A stretch of 63,474 bases of DNA, the filler included, from Octopus bimaculoides (Eukaryota): the NCBI RefSeq assembly GCF_001194135.2. It is 7 parts of 5 records of this genome, joined end to end, with 100 filler letters (N's around TTAATTAATTAA, not from the genome) between each part and the next. Parts side by side here need not be neighbours in the genome. Positions count along the whole stretch, not along the records: positions 1 to 25,906 come from NC_068987.1; positions 26,007 to 36,622 come from NC_068981.1; 5 more parts are not named here. The stretch is one strand, 5' to 3'. The position numbers and the translations under genes are program-made. The notes beneath the pieces are model-generated. The model saw nothing but the letters and a program-made list of their open reading frames with translations, searched no databases and was not told where the DNA came from. This document shows positions 12,713 to 27,169 of this stretch, piece by piece (the stretch's first letter is position 1; every line of letters begins with the position of its first letter).

Positions 12713-13875
12713 AAGATAGATAGAAAGATAGATAGATAGATAGATAGATTGAGAGAGTGGAAACATGTATGCATGTGGCCATGCGTCAAAGGACAGCTGA
12801 ACTCATGAATGTCAACGGCCATTCAATAATGTGTATACAGGCTTAATCCTTCTACTTCATATGCACAGTGTCAGCTCTTGCAGCAGTCATCGATAAATAG
12901 GTGACTTCAGTGCACAAAACAGAGTGGACGTGCCGAAGATCGACATGTTTCTAACACTGAGCTGGCACAACAGGTTCGGTCAGCAACGAACCATGAGAAT
13001 GAGCATGAATGCGTGGCGTACCACATTACTGGGACTGAAAGTCCCCAGTCCTTGTTAAGATATCACTCTAAGAGAACGAATGGCCGCAGATGATGTTGAC
13101 TACTTCTTTTTCTTTCTGGTGGTGGTGCGGAGCTATCTGCTCATCGTTGTCCAGAGAGTGAGATTGATTGTTTGCCAGGTCTCAAAAAAAAAAAAGCATC
13201 ATGCATAGGCACCACTTTGCATACCTGTATCGTCATCTGAAATGCCAAGCAATGGCTATACCTGAGAACGTGGAAGCGGCCATTATGCATACATGTATGT
13301 ATGTATGTATGTATGTATGTATGTATGTATGTATGTATGTATGTATGTTTGTATGTATGTATGTATGTACGTACGTATGTATGAATGTTTGTAGGTTGGT
13401 AGCTATATATATGTGCTAATACACAAGCTTATGTTTGTACGACTGCACGTCTGCATATACACATGTTACACTTAAGTATTAGTGCATGCATGTGTGTATG
13501 TGCGTCTTGTGTATGTGTGTGCGAGTGAAAGTGCAAATGCACGAATAAGCATTTTTTTTTTCACATTTAAGTTCTTCACAGAATTCTAGCTGGCCAGAGA
13601 AAGTAAAAGTCATTTTAGTTCATGTCAAGACACTTCTAGGGTCTTGTGAACATATAGGAGAGATTGTATATATATGTGTGTGTGTTTGTATATGTTTGTG
13701 TGTGTGTGTGTGTGTGTAGATGTATATGTAAATATATTCGCACACATGATACAGGAGTACATGACAAACTACGTATCTACATATGTACATGGTGTGAGCA
13801 TGATTACTCTTTAAGAATGTGTGCGTTCTATAAGCATAATTTGACTGTGTGTAGTTTAATTTCAGGAAAATTAAT

Positions 13876-14056
13876 CCTTTTGACACCAACCCGCCTGACA
13901 ACGTCCTTGGTTCTATAATGCAAACAATTATCATTTTAAAGTGTTTAAGCCAGAACGTTCTATCAAAATGCCATAATTTATATACCAAATACCTGTTTAA
14001 TAAGAAAATTTTTTTTTTTTATTAAATTCTAAATTATTTTACGGTAACAAAAGCAA
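13876..14056. mobile_element. Degenerate MITE with TTAA-flanked, CCTTTTG-type termini (piggyBac-like)
   Basis: TTAATCCTTTTGACACCAA at left and CGGTAACAAAAGC at right are imperfect inverted termini. Confidence 0.35.
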
Positions 14057-14367
14057 TGAATAGAGTAGCTTTGGAATATTTTACTAATTTCCACTGTTCC
14101 AGTAGTCAAGTCTGATTTGGATTATGTTTTCTAGAAAAAATACTAGCAAATCTAAATTGTTAACCTATATATTGCTACGTCAACCAGTGCAATTATGATA
14201 ATGAATAGGAATTTGTTGATGTAACGCAAGAGAGGTAAATTCTGCTTTAGTTTAACATTCATTCTATTTCATCACAAAGTTAGAAGAGATATTCATATTT
14301 GCTGAGCTGTTGACTTCTAGAAACGAATGTATGTGTGTTGGTCTGTTACGTACACAGACAAATATTT

Positions 14368-14535
14368 CATCTTTTAACTTGTTTCAGTAATAGGAGAGCA
14401 GCCATGCTGGAGCATTGCTTTGAAGGGATTTTAAGTCGAGCAAATCGACCTCAGTGGTTATCTTCTTAATATCAGGTACTTAATTTATCGATCTCTTTTG
14501 CCGAACCGACCACTATGTTACGGGGACGTAAACGA
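14368..14535 (-). mobile_element. SINE family B, 3' half
   Basis: CTTGTTTCAGT..GCCATGCTGGAGCA..TCTTTTGCCGAACC..GTTACGGGGACGTAAAC. Confidence 0.85.
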
Positions 14536-15368
14536 ACAGTTTGCTCGAATAACAGATTTGATATTACAGAATTGTCTGCCATGGCTGTGTTGCACAGAGT
14601 TTGCCATTAAAATGATGATTTATCTCCTCACTAAAATTGTAGTTATGATAAATTAATATTTCTTGGCTTACTACATTAGATATATTAACGCCAATATACA
14701 AAATACATTTGATAGTTTATGATAGGGTTATGTAGAGCAGTGTAGTAGTTGTTTTGACACAATAAAGACGAGGAGATGCTTATATATAAAATATATAGCT
14801 TAGAAGTACTGACGTCTACCAATAAAGGTAGTTTAATGTCACGACTTCACCACTTCAGGCTTCTTTTTAAATTTTATTGCACCCTTCCTGAAACCTATTG
14901 GTGCGAAATGGTTAGGGTGGACCTAGACAGTGATATATATATATATATTCAGAGGAGTTGTGTCCATAAAATATATAAAGGTGTCTAAGGGTGGTATGCA
15001 TAGGCATGGACGTATGCACACACACACACACGTACGCACGACGTGCGCACGCATGCACCAACTCGATCAAACGAGTTCTTAATTGAATGTTTGAAATCTC
15101 AGTCTGACAAGTTGCAAGATTAAATATTAAAAAATTTCTTTTGACACAAAACTACGTCACCGTCATGCTAGAATAAGCAAATCATGAACTCATCTAATAA
15201 ATAAATTATTTCTTTAGTCGAAATTGATGGTCATGTACCGAAGTAGCAAAGTAAGAGAGAACCAGATTGAAATACAGAAATAGTTTACGTCTTCCAAAAC
15301 GCAGCTTGATATGCATGTATGCATGTATGTATGTTTGTATGTATGTATGTATATTTACGCACGCACAT

Positions 15369-15426
<58 letters not shown>

Positions 15427-15869
15427 GTAAATATATATATATTTACATCTAAATGTATGTGTGTGTTTAGGTGTGTGTATGTGTGTATATATACGTGTGT
15501 TTATATATTAAAAAAACACAAAAGCCTGAAGAGATTCTACCCTACAATATTCAAAATGTAATTAATTCGCATCATTAGATTTAATCCAATTCTTGAAATT
15601 ACGAGTTTATTTATAGGCTGCAATCGAAACGTACGTAAGTTTATTTGTATTCAGTTTTTGCCTTGGAATTATGTTAATAAATTAATTTACATCCTTACCA
15701 TTTTCTGACCCTTTATTAAATAATACTTATAATAAGCCCATACATATCGTGGAGACTTCCCTCGAATGTAATTAAGTCAGTGTAATTTTGGATATATCAA
15801 TTAATCTCTTAGGATTGACTATATAATACATACATGAATACACCCACACACACCTACACATATATAGAT

Positions 15870-15950
15870 AGAGAGAGAGATAGACAGACAGACAGACAGA
15901 TATATATATATATACAGATAGATAGATAGCTAGATAGATAGCTAGCTAGC

Positions 15951-15981
<31 letters not shown>

Positions 15982-15982
15982 T

Positions 15983-16041
<59 letters not shown>

Positions 16042-16075
16042 ATTGGTAGATAGATAGATAGATATAGATATATAT
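15870..16075. repeat. (GATA)n array; similar arrays at 12656-12748 and 31063-31140
   Basis: Direct reading. Confidence 0.95.
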
Positions 16076-16947
16076 GCTCACACACACATTTATGGACGTA
16101 TATGAAGGTGTTTATATATATGTGTATAAAAATCCCGATGAAATATTACAATAAATATCAACAATGTCCAACCCAGCGCTTGAGTGTGTGTGTGTGTGTG
16201 TGTATGTCTGTGTGTGTGTGTGTATGTGTGTTTGTGTGTGTGTGTGTGTGTGCGCGTGTGTGTGTGTGTGTATACAGGAAAGATTAGAATACACATACAC
16301 ACATAAACATGAATAAAAAAAGCAATGTAGAAATGGGGAAAAAGATACAGAATAACACCTCTGGCAAAGTAACTGAGATTTGCAATGAAATCTTGAAACT
16401 TCGCTGGAAGAAACTGAAGACTTGCGATTTTGAATGATGGACGGGCGTTACAATTATTAAGACAAAAAGACTAAAAACATGATTACAAAAGCCTTCTGTC
16501 AAAATCTGCTTCCTGCAAACGTTTCATTCGACGTTGACAACAACATAAGTAGCTGCATATAGTGTAGACTTGTCGCCATGGAATCCAGCCAAATGCACGG
16601 AGTCTCAGCTCATAAATTGGGTAGGAGTGATGAATGGGAATAGGAAGACAGGAGAAGAAAAGAAGCAAAAAAACAAAGCAGGCATTTTCTTAAACTTTAG
16701 ATTGATACGGTTTTGTGATTGTTAGTGTGATTACCTGCACGCGTAAGTGTATGTGTGTATGCAAGCATAATGAGTACATGTGTGTGTATATATATGCCAC
16801 TGCGTAATGGATATGTGTGTTTGCGTATTCTGTACGAGCATGCGTTGTTTCAACGCTTGCAAGTTGAATAAGTGTGCTTCTTTCTGTATGTTTGATCGTA
16901 AGGAATGTGTGCGTAGGTATGTACGTATATATATGTATGTGTACACA

Positions 16948-17003
<56 letters not shown>

Positions 17004-17638
17004 NNNNNNNNNNNNNNNNNNNNNNNNNNNNNNNNNNNNNNNNNNNNNNNNNNNNNNNNNNNNNNNNNNNNNNNNNNNNNNNNNNNNNNNNNNNNNNNNN
17101 NNNNNNNNNNNNNNNNNNNNNNNNNNNNNNNNNNNNNNNNNNNNNNNNNNNNNNNNNNNNNNNNNNNNNNNNNNNNNNNNNNNNNNNNNNNNNNNNNNNN
17201 NNNNNNNNNNNNNNNNNNNNNNNNNNNNNNNNNNNNNNNNNNNNNNNNNNNNNNNNNNNNNNNNNNNNNNNNNNNNNNNNNNNNNNNNNNNNNNNNNNNN
17301 NNNNNNNNNNNNNNNNNNNNNNNNNNNNNNNNNNNNNNNNNNNNNNNNNNNNNNNNNNNNNNNNNNNNNNNNNNNNNNNNNNNNNNNNNNNNNNNNNNNN
17401 NNNNNNNNNNNNNNNNNNNNNNNNNNNNNNNNNNNNNNNNNNNNNNNNNNNNNNNNNNNNNNNNNNNNNNNNNNNNNNNNNNNNNNNNNNNNNNNNNNNN
17501 NNNNNNNNNNNNNNNNNNNNNNNNNNNNNNNNNNNNNNNNNNNNNNNNNNNNNNNNNNNNNNNNATATATATAATATAAATAATATATAAATATATGCAT
17601 ATATCCATACATATATGTACATAGCTACATCTATATGT

Positions 17639-17723
<85 letters not shown>

Positions 17724-17948
17724 TATACATGTTTAGATATATATATGCACATATATGCACGTACACATAAATGTATGCACGGCAACATACACACAGAAAC
17801 ACATTCACACACACAGAGAAGAGAAAAGAGTGTATGCACAAAAATGAAAAAAAAAGTAAATACTTTTAATTGATGGCAATCTGCTGGCGTGTCACGTAAA
17901 CGATCCAGTTTCAAATTACGGTTGTAACATTTTCGAGATACTTTATGG

Positions 17949-18963
17949 GATGCTTCCAGTTCAGTTCACATCGTCTGATTTTGTTCAAATTTTCTACACC
18001 GATGTAGTTTTGCATTCTAATGATGAAAATAGCGTTCACTTTTGATGCAAATAAAAACAAAATGTTATAGACCTTTCAAATCTTAAAATTTCAGCTAATC
18101 GAATGACTTCATTATCGATATACAGGAACTCGCACTTGTCTGTTTCCAGTTGTTTCAACCATTGCCAACTATACACTTAGAGTTAAGGATTATGGATTAA
18201 TATTAGAGTTCAAGGTTTAGTTCGGGCTAGTGGCAGTGTTAGTGTTAGAGGTTGTGTTAGGGATTGTGATAGGGTTAGGGTTCCGGGTTTCAGTTTAGGG
18301 TTATTGGTTAAGGTAAGTGTTCAGATTTATGTTTAAGGTCACGATGCAGACGCGAAAATTGCAACCTCTTGTGAGAAACAATGGGCTGGATAATAGAATT
18401 TCATTGTAGTTTACTTGCTTTCTCTCAATTCAGAACTTTTCATTACATTTTACTTTCATATTCTAAACGCTGTATAATATTTCCATTTTATTACATTATT
18501 TTTAATACGTTACATTCAAATTACGATGAACGTAAACAAACAAACGAAGTTTGCTTTAGAAGCGTTGAGATGTCTTAGAAAGTTAAAGAAGTGATTTTTA
18601 AATTCTCAAACGCAGAATAATGCTAATAATATAGCCTGAACAGGATAAGCTACCCCTTTCAAAGATGTTTCCTGGTGTTTTTAAAGTTCTTGGTAGATGT
18701 GCAAAAAAAAAAGAAAAAAAGAAGAAAAAGAAGAAAAAATTCAATGTTTCGGTAATGTTTTTTATTTTCAAGTGGCCAACACATGGAAATTGGGACTTCC
18801 GGTATACTGATAATGGCGAAAATTTTCAGCGGCAAAGTTTCGTAACATTTTTAATAATAATTTGCATCGAAAATGAGTGAGATTTTCATCATTAGCATCC
18901 AAATCTTCATTACTGTGAAATATTTGAATAAAATCGGACAGTGTGATCGAAACTGGAAATATC
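17949..18963. mobile_element. Old foldback/long-TIR DNA element (possibly Kolobok-like)
   Basis: 17949-18075 and 18835-18963 align as inverted repeats, roughly 70% identity by eye (e.g. CTAATGATGAAAAT / ATTTTCATCATTAG). Confidence 0.55.
18180..18335 (+). repeat. Degenerate TTAGGG-like hexamer tract
   Basis: GTTAGGG at three sites within a 6-nt-periodic G/T-rich run. Confidence 0.6.
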
Positions 18964-19138
18964 TGATCTTCCTGTTTATTCCTATCTACTCGTATTCTTA
19001 TTTCAGCTTATATTCCTGTTTTAGCAGTAGGTAATATAAAACTGCATTGTATTTTAAGAGAAACGCTAAAAGAAATCAACAACTTTTAAAAGTGGAAATC
19101 TGGAGACGAAACTTCGGTTAGACGTGCATGCTAATAAT

Positions 19139-19276
19139 GGCTTCAGATTTTGGTACAAGGCCAACCATTTTGTGTGAATGGGGTCAAGTCGATGACATCG
19201 ACGCCAGTACTCTGCTGGTATTTATTTTATCGACTCTGAAATGATAAAAGGTAAAGACGACCTTTCGGCAGAATTA
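19139..19276 (-). mobile_element. SINE family A, 5'-truncated
   Basis: ATTTTGGTACAAGGCC..CTGGTATTTATTTTATCGAC..AAAGGTAAAGACGACC. Confidence 0.8.
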
Positions 19277-19428
19277 TCCTTATCAAATCGAAGGTCACAA
19301 AGGTTAACGAATTGCTACATAATATAAAGTCTGAATAAAAGACGTGATGATTACGGCTGGAACGCTTCGTTCAACATATTGCTCACATGATTTTGCTGAA
19401 AAGAGTTAAACAACCGTTAACTTACACA

Positions 19429-19469
<41 letters not shown>

Positions 19470-20421
19470 TTTATTCGTACGTATTCACGCGCGCACTTAC
19501 ACTCATTCTCGCACAAACACACACGTACAGACACACACACACCCCCCACACACACACCATATAGGCAAGTATATCCTTTTCTCTCTCTCTCTCTCTCTGT
19601 GCATTTCTCTCTCTAACACCTTCTCCCTCTCCTTGCTCATCACTCCTTCTCCTTCCCTCGGCCTTCCTCACCACTTTCTCTACCACTGCACACTTGGCCC
19701 TCATTCTTTTTCTCAAGTGGAACACTGTGTTACTCATCCAAATTTTCGCCGTCATAAATCTTTTAATTTCAAACAAATCCCTCCAACCAGCAACTTTGAA
19801 AAACTTTATTTTCTTTCTCTCATTCATATCCACACACACAGTCTGGTAGACTCACACATTCATTCGTTACTTCGTTTGACTTTACTGACTCGCTGACTCA
19901 CTGATTCACTCATGCACACAATTCCTAATTCATTCATTCATTCATTCATTCATTCATTCATTCATACAGGTATTGATTCAGTTTATCTTTCACTCACCGC
20001 ACTTAAACTCTCTAAATCAATCAATCAAGCTGTTAATCAGATATTATTGCATGTAATTAGCACACTCCAAAAGCAAAAGTTTAAATTAATTTTACAGAGA
20101 AAAACGCGAATTTACTGATGTGCTCTAGTACACACACACATGCACACACATACACACGCACGCACACACGCGCGCACATACACGTACAAACACACACACA
20201 TACACGTACATACACACATACACGTACATACACACATACACGTACATACACACACACATACACGTACATACACACGCACACATATACTTACATACACACA
20301 CACACACACGCACACACGCATGCACTCACACATATGCATACACAGATATAGAAAATACGTATTGCATGTGCCTATTGTTGAATACATGCGTATACATACA
20401 TACATACACATATCTATTTAT

Positions 20422-20463
<42 letters not shown>

Positions 20464-21049
20464 NNNNNNNNNNNNNNNNNNNNNNNNNNNNNNNNNNNNN
20501 NNNNNNNNNNNNNNNNNNNNNNNNNNNNNNNNNNNNNNNNNNNNNNNNNNNNNNNNNNNNNNNNNNNNNNNNNNNNNNNNNNNNNNNNNNNNNNNNNNNN
20601 NNNNNNNNNNNNNNNNNNNNNNNNNNNNNNNNNNNNNNNNNNNNNNNNNNNNNNNNNNNNNNNNNNNNNNNNNNNNNNNNNNNNNNNNNNNNNNNNNNNN
20701 NNNNNNNNNNNNNNNNNNNNNNNNNNNNNNNNNNNNNNNNNNNNNNNNNNNNNNNNNNNNNNNNNNNNNNNNNNNNNNNNNNNNNNNNNNNNNNNNNNNN
20801 NNNNNNNNNNNNNNNNNNNNNNNNNNNNNNNNNNNNNNNNNNNNNNNNNNNNNNNNNNNNNNNNNNNNNNNNNNNNNNNNNNNNNNNNNNNNNNNNNNNN
20901 NNNNNNNNNNNNNNNNNNNNNNNNNNNNNNNNNNNNNNNNNNNNNNNNNNNNNNNNNNNNNNNNNNNNNNNNNNNNNNNNNNNNNNNNNNNNNNNNNNNN
21001 NNNNNNNNNNNNNNNNNNNNNNNNNNNNNNNNNNNNNNNNNNNNNNNNN

Positions 21050-21100
<51 letters not shown>

Positions 21101-22293
21101 CTTAGATAAATGTACACATATGTATTCATATGTGGTATGTCTGTTTGTGGTATGTATTCATATGTGGTATGTCTGTTTGTACACACACAAACACATGCAT
21201 ACACAAATATGTGAATGTGTGTGCGTTACTGCGTATGTGTGCCTGTCTGTCTGTCTGTCTGTCTGTATGTATGTCTGTATGTATGTATGTCTGTATGTAT
21301 GTATGTATGCATGTGTGTATGTGTGTATGCGTGTATGCATGTATGTTTAGACAGGTGCACACTGTTACGCTAACACAGTAAAACAGAACTGCATATAAAG
21401 AGATAGACAAAAATTGACAAAAATTCAAAGAGATTGCCAGGTTCACTTCTAGAGACAAGACATCCAAAGACAAAAAGCGAACTACATCAAACATACTGCG
21501 GTTATATTAACGGAAAAACTGTAAATAGAAATAAATACATGCATAGACGAATCAACGGAAACAGCCGAAATGCATCGAAATACGTCGACACTCTGACGCC
21601 TCGGCACAGTATATAATTTAGTAATTAAGTATGAATTATTGTTAATATATTTGTTTCTTCTTTACTGAGCTGAACATAATTACTATTCGTACACCCACTT
21701 TGCCTATTTGCATATTACAACATTCTCACACACACACACACACATATGCATACACGAACAAACAATAGTTTATAACACTAATATGTGTGTGATTGTGTAT
21801 GCGCGTGTGTGTGTCCGTGTGAGAGTTTCATAGTGCATATGCATGCATATGTGTATGTATATGATAATATATATATATATATATATATGTATGTACATAT
21901 ATATACACATATGTATGTATGTATGCATCCATATGTACACAACTTTTCCTCTCACTCGTATGTTTTTGCCTTCGATAATCCTAATTTTTACAACCAGTGA
22001 CGCAATCAAGGGGCTACTACTATGTATTTAAAGTGCCTAAATTTTGAAAGCTCAGAAACTGCGCTGTTTCTTGCTGATGAAAGTTATTCCATATTCAGTG
22101 TGCCTTTTCCGTTAAATGTCTTTATGTCCCGTTTTGACTATCAATATATTTGTGCTTATATATATATTGACATATATAGAGAGAGAGATAGATTGATAAG
22201 TAGATAGATGTAGATATTTATGCATACATGAAAAAATATATATATATTTATATATATGTATGTATGCGTATATTCAATATGTTATATGGGTTC

Positions 22294-22333
<40 letters not shown>

Positions 22334-25300
22334 CATTTATGTGTATATGCACAGATACCTATAGGCATGTACATACGTATTTAAAAAGATATACCCATAT
22401 GAATATCATAAATGTATATATATTATATGTTTATATTCATATATATGTATATATACGCGTGTGTGTGTGTGTGTTCGTGTAACTATTCATATACACTCAT
22501 GTATACATATACATATGTCTGTATGCTTATGTATGTGTAAATATACGTGCGCACGCACACACGCACACAGAGAGAGTCATTCGCGTACACACACAGGCAC
22601 ACATTTAAATATGCATACATGACAATCTTTGTGTCTGTTTCAATCAGTCCGCCAGTCAGTCAGTCTTTCGGTGTGTGGGGGCTCTTAGATTCTTCTAATT
22701 TGAAATGGTACCCCTACAAAGTCAATTTCAATATAATTTCGATCGGTTCTATTGGTGCCGTTACACCGCCAACAGTCACCTCTTCCTCTAGCTGAAAACT
22801 AATTTCCGGTTGTAATTGAAAAGACTGATAACTTATTTGGCTTTTCTGAGCAGGTTGTTGATCGCAATTCTGATGAAAATGTTGGAGATGGTGAGGTGGT
22901 ATCGATGGTAAGGGTGTGTGAAGCAGTTTATGTGATGGTGACAGTGCTGGAATAGTGAAGTTAGTGGCAGTGCTGGAGTGGTCGTAATGGTTGATGTGAA
23001 TCGTGATGATGATATTAGCAGTGTAAGCAGTGTTTTGGGCAGTAATTACTGTGGTGATATTAATGGAGCAGGTATGGATATAATTCGGGTAACCTTATTG
23101 GTGTGGTGGTGATGGTGATGGTGATGCTACAGCAAGTACAATTGGTTTATGGTAACAGTAGTGCAATTGGAAATACTGATGTTTGTGTGATATGCTGGTT
23201 GCTTGTACAGTTGGTAATCGTGTTGAGCATTGATATCATTGGTTATAGTTCTAGTAATATTGTCGACGTGGTAATCAAAATGGAAGTAATCGTAGTACTA
23301 TTTTTGATGGTTGATGGTAGGCTTTGTATTATTGATAATGGAGTTAGCGTGGGCAACGGCTAGTAATGACACGATCAGTGATTTTTGTGCTAATGACAGT
23401 GGTGAACAGAAAGAGTAATAGTGGTATCCATATCATTTGTTGTGGTGCTGGCGGTAATGATGTGTAGCAATATGTAATTTTCATACTTATGGTATTTAGT
23501 CGCATGCTTGAAGTGAAATAGTTCTAAAATGGGAATTAAAAGCCAGGTCGTTGACTCGAAGAAAGCCTACACCAACTTATCGTTGTGGCTAAAAATAATG
23601 ACTAAATCGTGACGACAGAGATTTTTAAAAGGCAAGAAAGAGACGGGAAGTTGTGATAGAAATATGTTTTCTTATGCCAACACGGATACTACTAATAGGA
23701 TGTGACTCCAGTGAAGAATCGAAATCGGTGTGTTTACTTACATACAGAGAACGCTACAGAGAACAAAATATGGAGGTGTTAACAGTCGATTTATTCAGCT
23801 CCTGTCAATGGATGTTACTTTAACTTGGAACTCTACCGATTTTACTTGCTTGTGCAGTGAAGGCACAATAAAAATAAGACTTCTAGAAAATAATTGATTT
23901 CTTACATCGATATGACATCTGAGATTTAAAGTTGTAGAGATATGATTGAAATGCAATGTTCACGTTTTTTCCAATAACAACACTGGCGCGAGTGAAGTCG
24001 TTTCAATTAAGAGTCGAAACAACGTTGCCAATAATCACTTTCTATAGAACAGACGAATCCCAATTGCTAGGAATAGGTCATACTCGTTCTTTATACAGAT
24101 GTATGTATATTTTTTTTTTGTTAATATAATTATAATTTGTGTTCTAATTAAAGTACTAGAACAGTTCCATCTGCCGATGATGCTTGTTTTACGATATTTG
24201 TTGATGTTGTTCATTTTGTGTGCACGGGAAATTTGAAATTTGATCGAAAATCCTATTACCTCTTTGGTAAATATTTCTGCACCACTAATCTTGCGCGTAT
24301 CACTTCAAAAATATGCAGGAGAGAAAATAGTGAAGTTAAAACACAGACATATAACAAATACAAGACTGGTGGTCCTCTCTCGTAGAAAACAAGGAACTAT
24401 GATGACAGCAACATATTACACCAATGCCATATCAACATTTGACAAAAGTACAAGAAATAATTAAATCCATCCTGACAATAATCGAAGATTTAACAGCAAT
24501 ATTAAGAACGTCAGCAACCGGAAAAAAAATTACAATTATTAAACAGATGACTATGGGGACGATAAATACAATAACAACAATAAAGCAATACAAACAATAA
24601 AGTAGAGACTACGTAATATTACAAATAGGATTGAATTTCAAGGACATATAAGATTAAGGATATAGTGAATAACTGATCTTCAGTTAAATTTACTTAAATA
24701 ATCATGAATTTTCCAATAAAAATTTTCAATTTAATTCTATTGTTATTTTAATGATCATTGGAGGAACACCGATGAATTTTGTCTTCTATGGTAAGCCTGT
24801 AAACTGTAAAATAATTAGTATTCAGTTAAGAAGCATCTTGGTCAAAATATGCTTTTGTCATAGCGATAATAACTATTTAAAGTTATGCGACTTGTTAAAA
24901 ATTCGCTGGTGATGCTGACACGAATTACGAATTGTTTATATTATTCAGAAAGGAATGAATAATGAAGCGACCAAATCAATATAACAGAAGCCTATATTTT
25001 ATTAGCAATAGAAAAGTAAACGATAGGGTTCTCTCTGGTGTAGACTGAACTAAATAAGCACCATTCATGCCACGATAGTCTTCTTAATCATGTACAAGAT
25101 CAGCAATATCAATCTTGCAATGTTCGTATGTGCACATGCTGTTGTGCAAAAGGACAACTCAAAGAGCTAAAGCAAGAATATGGAAATATTGAACTGATAA
25201 CAAAGACAAAATACCTCAGATTTATAAGGAAAGATAGCATGGGTGTTCGTAACGTACTTGTCTCTCCCAAGAGAGGTAGGGACTTCCATGAGGAGAAATT

Positions 25301-25906
25301 CTTTCAACAAGAAGTTGAGCTCATCACTTCACTGCATCGATCATAGGGATGATCTCGTTATAGAGGTGGTGGTGGTGGTGGTTGTGGTGATGATAGAAGT
25401 GGTGGTTGTGGTGGTGGTGTTATTTTAGATATGATTATGAGATGGTGGCAGTGTTTATATCTGTGTAGGTAACGATAGTGTTGGTGCAGTGTGTGTGGAT
25501 GCTTATGATTATATAAAAAGAAATACGATTATAGACTGTAGGGAGAAGTTGTGGTAATGAGACTAGTGGTTTGGATGCGGTGGGGTAGCGATTATCGCGA
25601 CTGTGTGGTCGTGTTGATTGTGTGATGGAGGTAGTACTGTTGCATGTGTAATGCTTGTGACAATAAAAGTAATCATGCGTGTGATAGCAGTGTGGTATGT
25701 GTTGTGCTGGTCGTCGTGCAACTTATAGGCGTGATGGGAAGGATAGATGGATGGATGGATGGATGGGTGGATGGATGGATGGATGGATGGATGGGTGGAT
25801 GGATGGATGGATGGATGGGTGATGGGGTGATGGTCATCGTCATCGTTGTTTTGGCAGTGTAGCTGTTGTTGTGGTCATGTTAGTAATAGTGAGGGTAATG
25901 GTAATG

Positions 25907-26006
25907 NNNNNNNNNNNNNNNNNNNNNNNNNNNNNNNNNNNNNNNNNNNNTTAATTAATTAANNNNNNNNNNNNNNNNNNNNNNNNNNNNNNNNNNNNNN
26001 NNNNNN
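25907..26006. other. Assembly spacer 44N-TTAATTAATTAA-44N (same spacer at 36623, 39873, 44751, 48040, 61483)
   Basis: All six spacers are exactly 100 bp with the same 12-mer, which gives TAA in all six frames. Confidence 0.97.
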
Positions 26007-26540
26007 TATATATATATAAATATATATATGCATGTAAATAGTTATAGCTACATATGGGGTGTGCATGTTTGTTTTTTGTCCTTATAATAGTAACTAAAAT
26101 ATGTAAATTTATCACATTCTATCTTCATGAAGCATTTTATGACTCAGCATCGGAGAGTTTACGTGGTCGCAGGATTGGTTAGAATTAGAATCTAACTCAC
26201 ACTCAGATAGAAAAAAATCCTACTAGTTATTTACAAAGATAAAAAAGACAAATGCATACAATTATACAGACCAGGGCATCGTCTGCCTGAATATAAGATA
26301 GTCTTAATCAGAATGGGTTTGATATTGTTACTTGATAGAAGCAAACTGAAGGATCAAGAATCACAGACATTTTATCTGTATATTGTCGGTTGTCCTGATT
26401 TTTATTTTATTTTTCTCAAAGCATATTTACCACAGATGCACTGAAATTCTTTAGTTCGTCATTTCTTTCCCGCGCCTCCATTCATATTTACAACCACAAA
26501 TATACGATCACGTACGTACATACATACACACAACGGTAAA

Positions 26541-26594
<54 letters not shown>

Positions 26595-27132
26595 GTATAC
26601 CAAATATGTGTATAGACAGGAGTATAAAAAAGAATACCTCGATATTGAAATTTGAGCATCGATTTATATATTCTACTTATTGAACAGATAATTTCAAGTT
26701 TTTAATTCCGAGTCTCACTACTATTATTGTTAACGAAAACCGTATCGAGAATACGTGAAACTATAGAAATTGTAGAATACATCAGGCACATAAAATGTGC
26801 TTGTACACTTGACATTGAATACTTTTTGTGTTGGATGATATAAAAAGATGAATGTGTATGTATATATGTGTGAATATATGTATGTGTATATATNNNNNNN
26901 NNNNNNNNNNNNNNNNNNNNNNNNNNNNNNNNNNNNNNNNNNNNNNNNNNNNNNNNNNNNNNNNNNNNNNNNNNNNNNNNNNNNNNNNNNNNNNNNNNNN
27001 NNNNNNNNNNNNNNNNNNNNNNNNNNNNNNNNNNNNNNNNNNNNNNNNNNNNNNNNNNNNNNNNNNNNNNNNNNNNNNNNNNNNNNNNNNNNNNNNNNNN
27101 NNNNNNNNNNNNNNNNNNNNNNNNNNNNNNNN

Positions 27133-27169
<37 letters not shown>

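Noticed and set aside
18180-18335. Interstitial telomere from a chromosome fusion
   Set aside because: Short, highly degenerate, single orientation, and enclosed by the arms of a foldback element.
25128-25346. 72-aa ORF MCTCCCAKGQLKELKQEYG..
   Set aside because: No motif or splice support; left unannotated.
25951-25962. TTAATTAATTAA as a biological motif (PacI site, homeodomain or piggyBac site)
   Set aside because: Always centred in exactly 44 N on each side; an assembly linker.
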